DNA of 64,000 bases from Candidatus Eiseniibacteriota bacterium. Its GTDB lineage: Bacteria > Eisenbacteria > RBG-16-71-46 > CAZEPH01. Positions 26,359 to 37,045 of this stretch are shown here, in pieces. The translations under genes were made by a program, and so were the position numbers. The notes beneath the pieces are model-generated. The model did not search any database, was not told the origin of the DNA, and saw nothing but the letters and a program-made list of their open reading frames with translations. The first letter of the stretch is position 1; the number at the start of each line of letters is the position of its first letter. The stretch lies in assembly GCA_044229145.1 (NCBI GenBank), contig JBGATO010000003.1:34358-98357 (forward strand), written 5' to 3'.

Positions 26359-27540
26359 ATGGAGCGAGGCTCGACCGGCAGGTACGAATCAACCGCTGCT
26401 GGAGGCGAGGTCGTCAGGGCTTTCGTCCCGGCGCCGCTTCCTCCTGTACCGCCACTCTTGCTCGACGGCCAACTCCACCGCCTCCTCGAAAACGCGACGC
26501 TGGCTGTTGGCCGGTTGGACGCCGTTTCGTCCTTGCTCCCGGACAAAGCGCTGTTCCTCTACGGCTATGTCCGCAAGGAAGCGGTTCTTTCCTCGCAGAT
26601 CGAAGGCACGCAGTCCACACTGTCGGACCTCCTGCTGTTCGAACTCGATGAGGCGCCCGGTGTGCCGCTCGACGACGTCGTCGAGGTCTCGAACTACGTC
26701 GCCGCGTTGACGCACGGCGTGCAGCGGTTGCGCGCTGGCTTCCCGTTGTCGAACCGGCTCCTGCGCGAAATGCATGGCGTGCTGCTCTCCCGTGGGCGCG
26801 GCAGCGGAAAGGAGCCTGGCGAGTTTCGCCGGTCGCAGAACTGGATTGGTGGAAGCCGTCCCGGCACCGCGCACTTTGTGCCACCACCTCCGCACCTGGT
26901 CGAGGAGTGCATGAGTGCTCTTGAAACGTTCCTTCACACGGAGGGAGATGGCATTCCGACTCTCGTGCGGGCCGGGCTGGCGCACGTGCAATTCGAGACG
27001 GTGCATCCGTTCCTCGACGGCAATGGCCGGCTCGGTCGCCTATTGATCGCGGTCCTGTTGCATCACACCCGCGTGCTGCACGAGCCGATTCTGTACCTGA
27101 GTCTCTACCTGAAGGAGAATCGCGACACCTACTACACGCTCCTCGATCGCGTGCGCACGCACGGCGAGTGGGAGGAGTGGATGGTGTTCTTTCTCGAAGG
27201 TGTGCGCGCGACGTCGGAGAGTGCAGTCGCGACGGCGCATGATCTCGCGGCGCTGTTCGTGGAGGACCGCGCGAAGCTGGAGTCCCTCGGGCGCCGCACC
27301 GGGTCCGCGCTCCGCGTCCACGATGCGTTGAAGGCACGACCGATCACGTCGGTCGCGGCTGTGAGTCGCGCGACCGGCTTGGCGTTTCCGACTGTCTCTG
27401 TTGCGATGCAACTTCTCGTGGACGCGGGGATCGCACGCGAGATGACGGGGCGACGGCGGAATCGGCTGTTCGCGTACACGGCGTACGTGGACAGATTGAG
27501 CGATGGCGCTGCGGCGCCTCGCGTGGAGCGGGAACTGTGA
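26359..27540 (+). CDS. fic: Fic family protein (class II-like, with N-terminal inhibitory helix and C-terminal HTH)
   Basis: Canonical HPFLDGNGRLGR; inhibitory SSQIEG; PGEFRRSQNWIGG; C-terminal wHTH-like 'VAAVSRATGLAFPTVSVAMQLLVDAGIAREMTGRRRNRLFAY'. Confidence 0.93.
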   Translation: MERGSTGRYESTAAGGEVVRAFVPAPLPPVPPLLLDGQLHRLLENATLAVGRLDAVSSLLPDKALFLYGYVRKEAVLSSQIEGTQSTLSDLLLFELDEAPGVPLDDVVEVSNYVAALTHGVQRLRAGFPLSNRLLREMHGVLLSRGRGSGKEPGEFRRSQNWIGGSRPGTAHFVPPPPHLVEECMSALETFLHTEGDGIPTLVRAGLAHVQFETVHPFLDGNGRLGRLLIAVLLHHTRVLHEPILYLSLYLKENRDTYYTLLDRVRTHGEWEEWMVFFLEGVRATSESAVATAHDLAALFVEDRAKLESLGRRTGSALRVHDALKARPITSVAAVSRATGLAFPTVSVAMQLLVDAGIAREMTGRRRNRLFAYTAYVDRLSDGAAAPRVEREL

Positions 27541-27740
27541 GTGCGACGCCAGAAGGAAAACGCTCACTTCGTAACGTGCAGCCGACGCGCGGTCGCGCGA
27601 ACTTGGCCAAACTGCGGCGGCTGACCGAGGTGGAGATTCACCGGACATCGCCGCCGGAACTCGTCGACATCCCCAATGACATGTGGGAGCGCGCGACGAT
27701 CACCCATCCCGTTTCGAAACAGCGCCCGCGGGCCAAGTAG
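27537..27740 (+). pseudogene. Short ORF resembling the N-terminal half of a BrnA-family antitoxin, lacking the RHH C-terminus
   Basis: GTGA overlap with the fic stop; 'GRANLAKLRRLTEVEIHRTSPPEL.DIPNDMWERA.I..PVSKQ' ends where the I(S/T)LRLD..V..WFK RHH segment would normally follow. Recalled similarity, not searched. Confidence 0.45.
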
Positions 27741-27741
27741 G

Positions 27742-27779
27742 CAAAACGACAAGGCGTCCCGGGGATTTCCGGGACGCCT
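27742..27779 (-). terminator. Intrinsic terminator downstream of icd
   Basis: aggcgtcccgg-ggattt-ccgggacgcct 11-bp stem (27752-27779), followed on the minus strand by TGTCGTTTTG. Confidence 0.65.
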
Positions 27780-27807
27780 CATTCCGACACCGAATGGTGC
27801 GGTTTGC

Positions 27808-29019
27808 CTACCCCGCCGCGCGCAAATTCCGCTCGATCGCCGCCAGGAACTTCTGCGTCGTCAGGTACGGCGCATCCGGCCCGATGAGCAGCGCCAGGTC
27901 CTTCGTCATCTCGCCGCCTTCGACGGTCTCGATGCAGACGCGCTCCAACTTCTCGGCGAACGCGACGACGTCCGGCGTGCCGTCGAACTGGCCGCGGTAG
28001 CGCAGGCCCTGCGTCCACGCGAAGATCGACGCGATCGGGTTGGTGGACGTCTCCTTGCCGGCCTGGTGCTGGCGGTAGTGGCGCGTCACCGTGCCGTGCG
28101 CGGCTTCGGCTTCGACCGTCTTGCCGTCCGGCGAAAGCAGCACCGAGGTCATGAGTCCGAGCGAGCCGAAGCCCTGCGCCACCGAGTCGCTCTGCACGTC
28201 GCCGTCGTAGTTCTTGCACGCCCACACGAAGCCGCCGTCGGACTTGAGCGAGGTCGCCACCATGTCGTCGATCAAGCGGTGCTCGTACACGATGCCGGCG
28301 GCTTCGAACTTCGCGCGGAACTCGGCATCGTAGATCTCGGCGAAGATGTCCTTGAAGCGGCCATCGTACTTCTTGAGGATCGTGTTCTTGGTCGACAAGT
28401 ACACCGGCCAGCCGAGCGACAGGCCGTAGTTGAGACACGAGCGGGCGAAGCCGGCGATCGACTCGTCGAGGTTGTACATCGCCAGCGCGACGCCGCCGCC
28501 AGGGAAATCGAACACCGTGTGCATGACCGGCGCCGAGCCGTCGGCCGGCGTGAACGTCAAGGTCAGCGCGCCGGCGCCCGGCACCACCATGTCGGTGGCG
28601 CGGTATTGATCGCCGAAGGCGTGACGGCCGATGACGATCGGCTTCGTCCAGCCCGGCACCAGGCGCGGCACGTTCCGGCAGATGATCGGCTGCCGAAACA
28701 CCGTCCCGTTGAGGATGTTGCGGATCGTCCCGTTCGGCGACTTCCACATCTGCTTGAGGCCGAACTCCTTCACGCGTGCTTCGTCCGGCGTGATGGTGGC
28801 GCACTTGACGCCGACGCCGTACTGCTTGATCGCGTTCGCCGAGTCGATGGTGATCTTGTCGTCGGTGGCGTCGCGCGATTCGATGCCGAGGTCGAAGTAC
28901 TTCAACTCCACGTCGAGGAACGGCAGGATCAACGTCTCGCGAATCATCTGCCAGATGATGCGGGTCATTTCATCGCCGTCGAGTTCGACGAGCGGGGTGG
29001 CGACGCGAATCTTCGACAT
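27808..29019 (-). CDS. icd: NADP-dependent isocitrate dehydrogenase (type II, IDH1-like)
   Basis: [66 protein letters not shown]. Confidence 0.97.
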   Translation of the reverse strand: MSKIRVATPLVELDGDEMTRIIWQMIRETLILPFLDVELKYFDLGIESRDATDDKITIDSANAIKQYGVGVKCATITPDEARVKEFGLKQMWKSPNGTIRNILNGTVFRQPIICRNVPRLVPGWTKPIVIGRHAFGDQYRATDMVVPGAGALTLTFTPADGSAPVMHTVFDFPGGGVALAMYNLDESIAGFARSCLNYGLSLGWPVYLSTKNTILKKYDGRFKDIFAEIYDAEFRAKFEAAGIVYEHRLIDDMVATSLKSDGGFVWACKNYDGDVQSDSVAQGFGSLGLMTSVLLSPDGKTVEAEAAHGTVTRHYRQHQAGKETSTNPIASIFAWTQGLRYRGQFDGTPDVVAFAEKLERVCIETVEGGEMTKDLALLIGPDAPYLTTQKFLAAIERNLRAAG

Positions 29020-29069
29020 CGGGGTCTCCCGGGGCAAACAGTGGTGGAGCGACTTCAGAGGTCCCCGGG

Positions 29070-29098
29070 AAAGTAGCGACGTGGAGCGGGCAAGGCAA
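29070..29098 (-). promoter_or_regulatory. sigma70-type promoter for icd
   Basis: Minus strand TTGCCT-N17-TACTTT. Confidence 0.5.
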
Positions 29099-29137
29099 CC
29101 GCAACGGAAGGGGAGGACGGGGCCATGCGGGGTGTGC

Positions 29138-29173
29138 CGCGCTCCGGGCCGCCTCAGGCGGGCCCGGAGCGCG
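29138..29173 (-). terminator. Hairpin just downstream of the FG-GAP gene 1 stop
   Basis: cgcgctccgggcc-N10-ggcccggagcgcg forms a 13-bp stem. Confidence 0.45.
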
Positions 29174-29179
29174 AATCCG

Positions 29180-32100
29180 TCAGCGGGCGATCAGCACCCG
29201 GGCGCGCTGCGTGGGGGCCGTGCCGGTGAGCCGCAGCTCGTACACGCCGCTCGAGCGCGCGGCCGTGGGCGTCGCGGCCGTCCCAGGTGACGGTGCGATC
29301 GCCGGCGGCGAAGCGGCCGTGCGCCAGCGTCGCCACGCGGCGGCCGCGGATGTCGAAGACGCTGACATCGGTGTCGCCCGCGGCGCCCGCTGCGGTGAAG
29401 CGCACGGTGAGCGCGCCGCCGGTCCGCAGCGGTTGCGGATACGCCGCGAGCGCGAGGCCCGGCCCGCCGGCGGTTTCGCCCACCTGGATCGTCTCGCCGA
29501 GACCGTTGGTGGCGAGCAGTCGGTAGTGCGCGGACGCGCGGAGCCGTTCGGATCGGCGACGCTGGTGTCGCGCGTCGTGGCGACGGTGATCCAGTGCGCC
29601 GCGTCGGCTTCGCGCTCGAGCGTGTAGCTGGCGAGATCGGCCGGGCCGGGGTCGGTGCGCCACGAGACGATCACGCCCTGCGGCGCGCTGGCCACGCTGA
29701 GACCGAGCAGCGCGATCGACGTCGTGGATCGTGAACGCGTCGTGCGGCGCGTCGAATCGCTGGCGGCGCTGGCCGAAGCCGGCGAGCGACGCGTCGTGCG
29801 GCGCGATGCGGACACGCGCGAAACGGCTCGGCGTGTGCGGCACGCGCGGCGATGCTGTTGGTGGCGGCGCCGCCGGCGCTCGCCGCGATGCGCTCGTACG
29901 ACACGCCGCCGTCGACGCTGAGCCAGACGTCGGCGAGCGCCGCGCCGCGCCAGCTCACGTTCTTCATCGCGCCGACGTTCCAGGTTTCGCCGCCCACCGG
30001 CGCGAGGACGACGTAACGCGCGACGTCGTAGAGGTACGCGCGGCCGGCGTTCGCGCTGGGTGTGTCGACGAACCCGGCGCCGACCACGAGGTCGGCGAAG
30101 CCGCTGCCGACGACATCGCCGACCACCGCGACCGCGCCGAACTGATCGCCCGCTGCCACGCCGCCGAGGACGAGGTCGGCGAGGGTGTCGGGCGCGGCGC
30201 CGCCGAAGTACGCCTCGACGCGCCCGGCCGCTGCCGCGTGCGACGAACTCGACGTCGCGCCGCACACCAGATCGGCGAAGCCGTCGCCATTGAGATCGCC
30301 GGCCGCGACCTCGGCGCCGAACTCGTCGCCCGGCGCGGACGCGGTGAGCGTCCAGTCCGCCAGCGTGTCGCGCGCGGCGCCGCCGAAGTACACGAAGACG
30401 CGGCCGTACTCGGTGCCGTCCTCGCTCAGATTCGCGGTGGCGCCGACGAACAGGTCGCTCGCGCCGTCGCCATTCACGTCACCGGCGTTTCCGCACGCGG
30501 TGCCGAGATTCGCGACCACGTAGTCGCCGTGCAGCACGACGTCGGCGATCGAATTGAGCGCCTCGCCGCCGAAGTAGATCGCGACGCGTCCCGCGCCGCC
30601 GGCGGCGGTCGGCGCGCCGACGACCACGTCGGCGTAGCCGTCGCCATTGAAGTCGCCGGCCGAGCCCACCGTCCAGCCGAGCCACTCGTTCGCGGCGCCA
30701 CCGAGGAAGGTCATGTCGGCGATGGTGTTCGGTGCGAGGCCGCCGAGATACACCGAGGCGCGTCCGGCGCTCGCGCCGCCGCTGCTGTTGTTCGGCGCGC
30801 CGACGATGACGTCGGCGAAGCCATCGCCGTTCACGTCGCCGGCCCCGGCAACACTGGTGCCAAACAAGTCGCCGCGACGAGTCCGGTGAGCGTCCAGTCG
30901 GCCACCGCGTCCGGCGCGGCGCCGCCGAAGAACACGTACGCGCGTCCCGCCGCGGTGCCCGGCGCGCCGACGATCACGTCGGCGAAGCCGTCGGCATTGA
31001 CGTCGCCCGCGCCGGCCACCGCGGTGCCGAAGCCATCGCTGGCCGCCGCGCCGGTGAGCGTCCAGTCGACCACCGCGTCGGAGCCGGCGCCGCCGAAGTA
31101 GACGTAGACGCGTCCGGCGTCCACGCCGCCGGCGTCGTTGCTCGGCGCGGCCACCGCGAAGTCGGGCGCGCCGTCGCCGTTGACGTCGCCGACCGCGGCC
31201 ACCGCGCGTCCGAAGAAGTCGTTGGCCGCCGCGCCGGAGAACGAACGCAGCGCGCGCGAGGCGACCGGCGTCGGCAGCGACGGTGCGACGATGCGGAACA
31301 CCGCGCCGCTCGCCGCCATGCGTCCGCGCACCGGCAGCTCTCCCGATTCGCTCACCCGCACCCGCGCGTACGCCGATGGCGCGTTCGGCACTTCGATCGC
31401 GTAGCTGTTGTCGTAGTGTCCGCCGACCCGCGTCGCCAGCGTCGTGTACGTCACGCCGCCGTCGAGCGACAGCGCGATATCGGCAAGTGTGCGGCCCTGC
31501 CAGCGCACGGTGGCGCTGCGCCCGGCGATCCAACTCTCGCCGCCGGCCGGCGAGAGCAGGCGATAGTCGAACATCGAGTAGAGGTACGCCGCGCCGTCTT
31601 CCGGCTGCGAGACGGTGGTGCCGTGCGCGCCGATCAGCAGGTCGCCGAGACCGTCGCCGTTCTGGTCGCCGACGCCGGCCACCGCGGACCCGAAGTACTC
31701 CTGGTAGCCGCCGCCGGAGAACGACACGTCGGGAATCGAGTCGGCGTCGGGCCCGCCGAGGTAGACGTGCGCGCGGCCGATGGTGAAGTTGGCGTAGTCG
31801 GCGCCCGCGCCCACGGCGATGTCCGCATAGCCGTCGCCGTTGACGTCGCCCGGTCCCGCGACCGCCCAGCCGACGCCGGCATCGTTGGGCGTGCCGGCCA
31901 GCGTGAGTTGTGGTTCGCCGAGGGTGTTCGCCAGCGGTCCGCCGTAGTAGACGAAGGCGTGGCCAGAGGTGCCAGCCGACGCGCCCACCACGACGTCGTC
32001 GTAGCCATCCGCGTTGACGTCGCCCAATCCCGCCACCGAGATGCCGAAGGTCAACGGAATCGAGAACGGGGGATTCAGGACGAAACCGCGATTGGCGTTG

Positions 32101-32855
32101 AGTGTCCGGCCGACCACCACCATCGCGTCGTTACCGGCGCTGCCGCAGCCCACCACGAAGTCGGGCTTGCCATCGCCGTCGAAGTCGCCGGCGCTCGCCA
32201 TGCTCCCACCGAAGTTCGTGAAGCCGTTGCTGCCGATGGTGACGTCGATCGTCGCGTTGGGGACCGCGGCGCCGTAGTAGACGTACACCGCGCCGGCGCT
32301 CCCAAAGTACTCGTCGCTGTCCGGCGCGCCGACCACGATGTCGTCGAAGCCGTCGCCGTTGAAGTCGCCCGGTCCTGCGACGCTGGCGCCAAAGTTGTCG
32401 CCGGTCACTTTGCCGAGGACGGTCAAGTCCGCCACCGCATTCGGGGAGGCGCCGCCGAAGTACACGAGTGCCCGGCCGGCGACTGCTTGCAGGCCGGTGC
32501 CGTCGGGCGCGCCGACGATCACATCGTCGTAGCCGTCCCCGTTGACGTCGCCGGCCGAGGCCACCGACGTGCCGAAACCCTCCGGCGCCACGCCGGTCAG
32601 CGTGAGGTCCGGCGTGGTGTCGAGCAGCGGCCCGCCGAAGTAGACGAAGGCTTTGCTGATGAAAGACGCGCCGACGATGATGTCGTCGTAGCCGTCGCCG
32701 TTGACGTCGCCTGCGTTTGCCATCGCGTAGCCGAAGTACGCGGCGGACGAGGAGCCGGACAGTGTGGCGAGCAAGTCGGCGGTCAGCGCCTGGGCGGCCG
32801 CGGGCGCGCAGAGCAGTGCCGCAAGCAGCACGGAGGCGGAGGGGCGGTGGAACAT
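29180..32855 (-). CDS. Secreted FG-GAP (integrin alpha-like) double beta-propeller protein with FlgD-like C-terminus, copy 1; frameshifted (sequencing error or pseudogene)
   Basis: Signal peptide; about 14 '[19 protein letters not shown]...GRAYVYFGG' repeats in two blocks, each followed by 'SP.GGE.W'. The reading frame breaks near 30873, 29845, 29720-29775, 29538 and 29252 relative to copy 2; ends RARVLIAR*. Confidence 0.85.
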
Positions 32856-33880
32856 GTCGAATCCTCACGAAATGCACGCGCCGCGAGAGGCGTGCGCGCC
32901 AGCCGGAAGGGTGAGGCGTCTCGGGTGCAGGCGCCTGGCGACGAGTGATGCAAGTGGGGAGGTGGCACGAATGGAGAGCAGCGGCCCGTGCGGGATCCCG
33001 TTGCCGCGCTATGAACAGGATACCTCAGCTGGCGGTCGCCGGGCAGCGGTGATCTGTTGCCCGGCGACTGGTTCGCCGCCGCCCGTCAGCGGGCGATCAG
33101 CACCCGGGCGCGCTGCGTGGTGGCCGTGCCGGTGAGCCGCAGCTCGTACACGCCGCTCGAGAGCGCGCGGCCGTGGGCGTCGCGGCCGTCCCAGGTGACG
33201 GTGCGATCGCCGGCGGCGAAGCGGCCGTGCGCCAGCGTCGCCAGCGCGGCGGCCGCGGATGTCGAAGACGCTGACATCGGTGTCGCCCGCGGCGCCGGCT
33301 GCGGTGAAGCGCACCGTGAGCGCGCCACCGGTCCGCAGCGGTTGCGGATACGCGGCGAGCGCGAGGCCCGGCCCGCCAGCGGTTTCGCCCACCTGGATCG
33401 TCTCGCCGAGGCCGTTGGTGGCGAGCAGTCGGTAGTGCGCGGACGCGGAGCCGGACGGATCGGCGACGCTGGTGTCGCGCGTCGTGGCGACGGTGATCCA
33501 GTGCGCCGCGTCGGCTTCGCGCTCGAGCGTGTAGCTGGCGAGATCGGCCGGGCCGGGGTCGGTGCGCCACGAGACGATCACGCCCTGCGGCGCGCTGGCC
33601 ACGCTGAGACCGAGCAGCGCGATCGACGTCTGGATCGTGAACGTCGAATCGCTCTGGCCGAAGCCGGCGAGCGACGCGTCGTGCGGTGCGATGCGGACAC
33701 GCGCGAAGCGGCTCGGCGTGTGCGGCACGCGCACGGCGATGCTGTTGGTGGCGGCGCCGCCGGCGCTCGCCGCGATGCGCTCGTACGACACGCCGCCGTC
33801 GACGCTGAGCCAGACGTCGGCGAGCGCGGCGCCGCGCCAGCTCACCGTCTTCATCGCGCCGACGTTCCAGGTTTCGCCGC
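29180..33880. repeat. Near-identical direct repeat of about 0.8 kb (29180-29990 vs 33086-33880): the 3' ends of the two FG-GAP genes
   Basis: Long exact stretches, e.g. 'gatccagtgcgccgcgtcggcttcgcgctcgagcgtgtagctggcgagatcggccgggccggggtcggtgcgccacgagacgatcacgccc' in both; differences are mostly third-position changes plus small indels. Confidence 0.9.
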
Positions 33881-36759
33881 CGGCCGGCGACAGCACGACA
33901 TAGCGCGCCGCGTCGTAGAGGTACGCGCGTCCGGCGTCCAGGCTCGGGGTGTCGACGAAGCCCGCGCCGACGAGGAGATCGGCGCAGCCGTTCCCGGTGA
34001 CGTCGCCCAGCACGGCCACGACGCCGAACTGGTCGCCGGCCGCCGCGCCGCCGAGCACGAGGTCGGCGAGCGTGTCGGGCGCCACGCCGCCGAAGTACAC
34101 CTCGACGCGGCCGCCGAGCGAACTGTGCATCGAACTCGCTGTCGCGCCGCAGGCGAGATCCGCGAATCCGTCGCCGTTGATGTCACCGGCCGCGATCTGC
34201 CGCCCGAACTCGTCGCCGGTCACCGCGGCGGTGAGCGTCCAGTCGGCAAGGGTGTCGACCGAGGCGCCGCCGAAGAACACGAGCGCGCGGCCGAACTCGG
34301 TGCCGTCCTCGTTGAAGTTGCCGCTCGCGCCGACGAACAGATCGCTCACGCCGTCGCCGTTGACATCGCCGGCGCTGCCGCACGCGGTGCCGAGGTTGGC
34401 GGCGCCGTAGTCGCCGTGCACCACGAGGTCGGCGACCGCGTCGGGCGCCTGGCCGCCGAAGTACACCTGCGCGCGTCCCGCGCCGCCCGCCGCCATCGGC
34501 GCGCCAGCGACGACGTCGCCGAAGCCATCGCCATTCACGTCGCCCGCCGCGCCGACCGCGTAGCCGAGTTGCTCGCCGGCCGCCGTGCCCACGATCGAGA
34601 TGTCGGCGACGGTGTTGGGCGCCAGGCCGCCGAAGAACACCGTGGCGCGTCCCGCGTTGGATCCGCCGCTGTCGTTGTCCGAGGCGCCGACGATCACGTC
34701 GCCGAAGCCGTCGCCGTTCACGTCGCCCGCGCCCGCGACACTGACTCCGAAGAGATCGCCCGCGGCGAGACCGGTGAGCGTCCAGTCGGCGACCGCGTCG
34801 GGCGCGGCCCCGCCGAAGAAGACGTACGCGCGGCCGGCGCTCGCGCCCCCGGCGTCGTTCGCCATCGCGCCGACGATGAGATCGGCGTAGCCGTCGGCGT
34901 TGACATCGCCGGCGCCCGCGAGCGCGGTCCCGAAGCCGTCGCCGACCGCCGCGCCGGTGAGCGTCCAGTCCGCAATGCCGTCGGCGGCGGCGCCGCCGAA
35001 GAACACGTAGACGCGTCCGGCGTCCAGCCCGCCGGCGTCGTTGCCTTGCGCGCCGATCGCGTAGTCGGGCGCGCCGTCGCCGTTGACGTCGCCCACCGCG
35101 GCGGCGGCGCGGCCGAAGTTGTCGCCGGCCGCCACGCCATTGAGCGTGCGCAGGCTGCGCGTGGTGACCGGCGTCGGCAGCGTGGGCGTGGCGATGCGGA
35201 ACACCGACTGGCTGATCGCGCTGTGGCTGTGCGCCGGCTCCTGGCCCCACTCGCTCACCCGCACGCGGGCAGACGTCGTCGGCGTCGACGGCACGGCAAT
35301 GGTCACCGTGTTGTCGTAGTGGCCGCCGATGCGGGACGCCAGCGTCGTGTACGTCGCGCCGCCGTCCACCGACAGCGCGATGTCGGCCGGGGCGCGGCCT
35401 TGCCAGCGCACGGTGGCCGTGCGGCCGGCGACCCAATTCTCTCCGCCACGCGGCGACACCAGCCGGAACTCGAAGAACGAGTAGAGAAACACCGCGCCCG
35501 CCACGGTGTGGCCGAGGTTCGCCTCCTGCGCGCCGACGAGCAGATCGGCGCGGCCGTCCCCGTTCTGGTCGCCGACACCGGCGATCGTGGTGCCGTAGGA
35601 TTCGTAGCGGCCCAGTTCTGCCATGGAAATGTCCGGAATCGAATCGGCGACTGGTCCTCCCAGGAAGACGAGGGCCCGGCCAGCGCTTTGGCCGAAGGCG
35701 TCTTCCCCGACCCCCACCGCCACGTCGTCGTATCCATCTCCGTCGACGTCGCCGAGACCCGCGACGGCACCAACCGACCCCGCGATCGTTGGCCGTTCCC
35801 GCGAGGGTGAGTTGCGGGACGCCGAAGTCGCGGGCGAACGGTCCGCCGTAGTAGACGTACGCGTGTCCGCCCTGACCAGAGGGCTCGCCCACGACGACGT
35901 CGGCGAAGCCATCCGCATTGACATCGCCGGCTGCCGCGACTGACCAGCCCCCGATCGCCGTGCCATCGGGGCGGTTCAGCCGGTAGCTGCCGAACAGAAG
36001 GTTGAGACGACGTGCCGGCACGACGATCGCGATGTTGTCGCCTCCGATGAGAATGTCGGGACGGTCATCGCCGTCGAAGTCTCCCGCGTTGGCCAGGTCC
36101 CTGCCGAAACTGAAGTAGTAGCCGTCGCCGAGCGTCACATCGATGGCGGTGTTCGGCGCCACGCCGCCGTAGTAGATGTAGATCGCGCCGCAGTTGGCGG
36201 CGAAATCGTCGCTGCCGGGTGCGCCGACCACGATGTCCGCAAAGCCGTCCTCGTTGATATCGACACCGCCACAGACTGCCGCGCCGAACCAGTCGACGCT
36301 CACCTTGCCGAGGACGATCCAGTCGGCGACCGTGTTGGGCGAGGCTCCCCCAAAGAAGACCAGCGCACGCCCTGCGTCCGCCTGCAGGCCAGTGCCGTGC
36401 AATGCTCCGACGATGACGTCGTCGTAGCCGTCGGCGTTGACGTCCCCCGCGGAGGCGACGGACCACCCGAAGGATTCGCCTGCGACACCCGTGAGGACCC
36501 AATCTGCCGTCGTATCCGCCGCCGGGCCTCCGAAGTACACGTAGGCTTTGTTGATGCCGCTGGCGCCCACGATGATGTCGTCGAAGCCGTCGCCATTGAC
36601 GTCGCCCGCGTTCGCCATGCTGCTGCCCAAGTTCGAGCCTGCAGTGGACCCGATGGTGGTGGCCAGGAGATCGGAGGTCAGCGCATGTGCGGCCTCGGGC
36701 GCGCACGCGGATGCGGCGACCAGACACGCGGCTGTGGTGGCGATGCGATGGCGGGACAT
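33086..36759 (-). CDS. Secreted FG-GAP double beta-propeller protein with FlgD-like C-terminus, copy 2; frameshifted
   Basis: ATG at 36759 after GAGG; same architecture as copy 1; frame breaks near 35770-35790 and 33243; ends RARVLIAR*. Confidence 0.85.
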
Positions 36760-37045
36760 GTCGGATCCTCGCGGGGTGCGGATGGGGCTCAGGGCCGTGC
36801 GGTATGGTGCGAATCGGCTGTGGGGTGTCGAGGAACGCGGGGAGGCGTCGGCCGCGGCGGAGAGCGGCAATCAGGTCGAGACGACACAGCGCTCGGCGCC
36901 GGGCGCCTGGCGGCTCCGTCGCCGAAGGTCAAGCATACAGCAGCCCGTCGCCGCCCTGCACGGGTGATCTGCCAGTCAGCGCACCTCCGCGCAGCCCGGT
37001 CCGCGCGGTGGCGGGGCACGGCGCGGACCAGGCGGCGCGGCGCGT

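Noticed and set aside
29180..33880. Diversity-generating retroelement (TR/VR pair) suggested by the near-identical 3' repeats
   Set aside because: Both copies are coding gene ends, mismatches are mostly synonymous and not adenine-specific, and there is no reverse transcriptase in the window.
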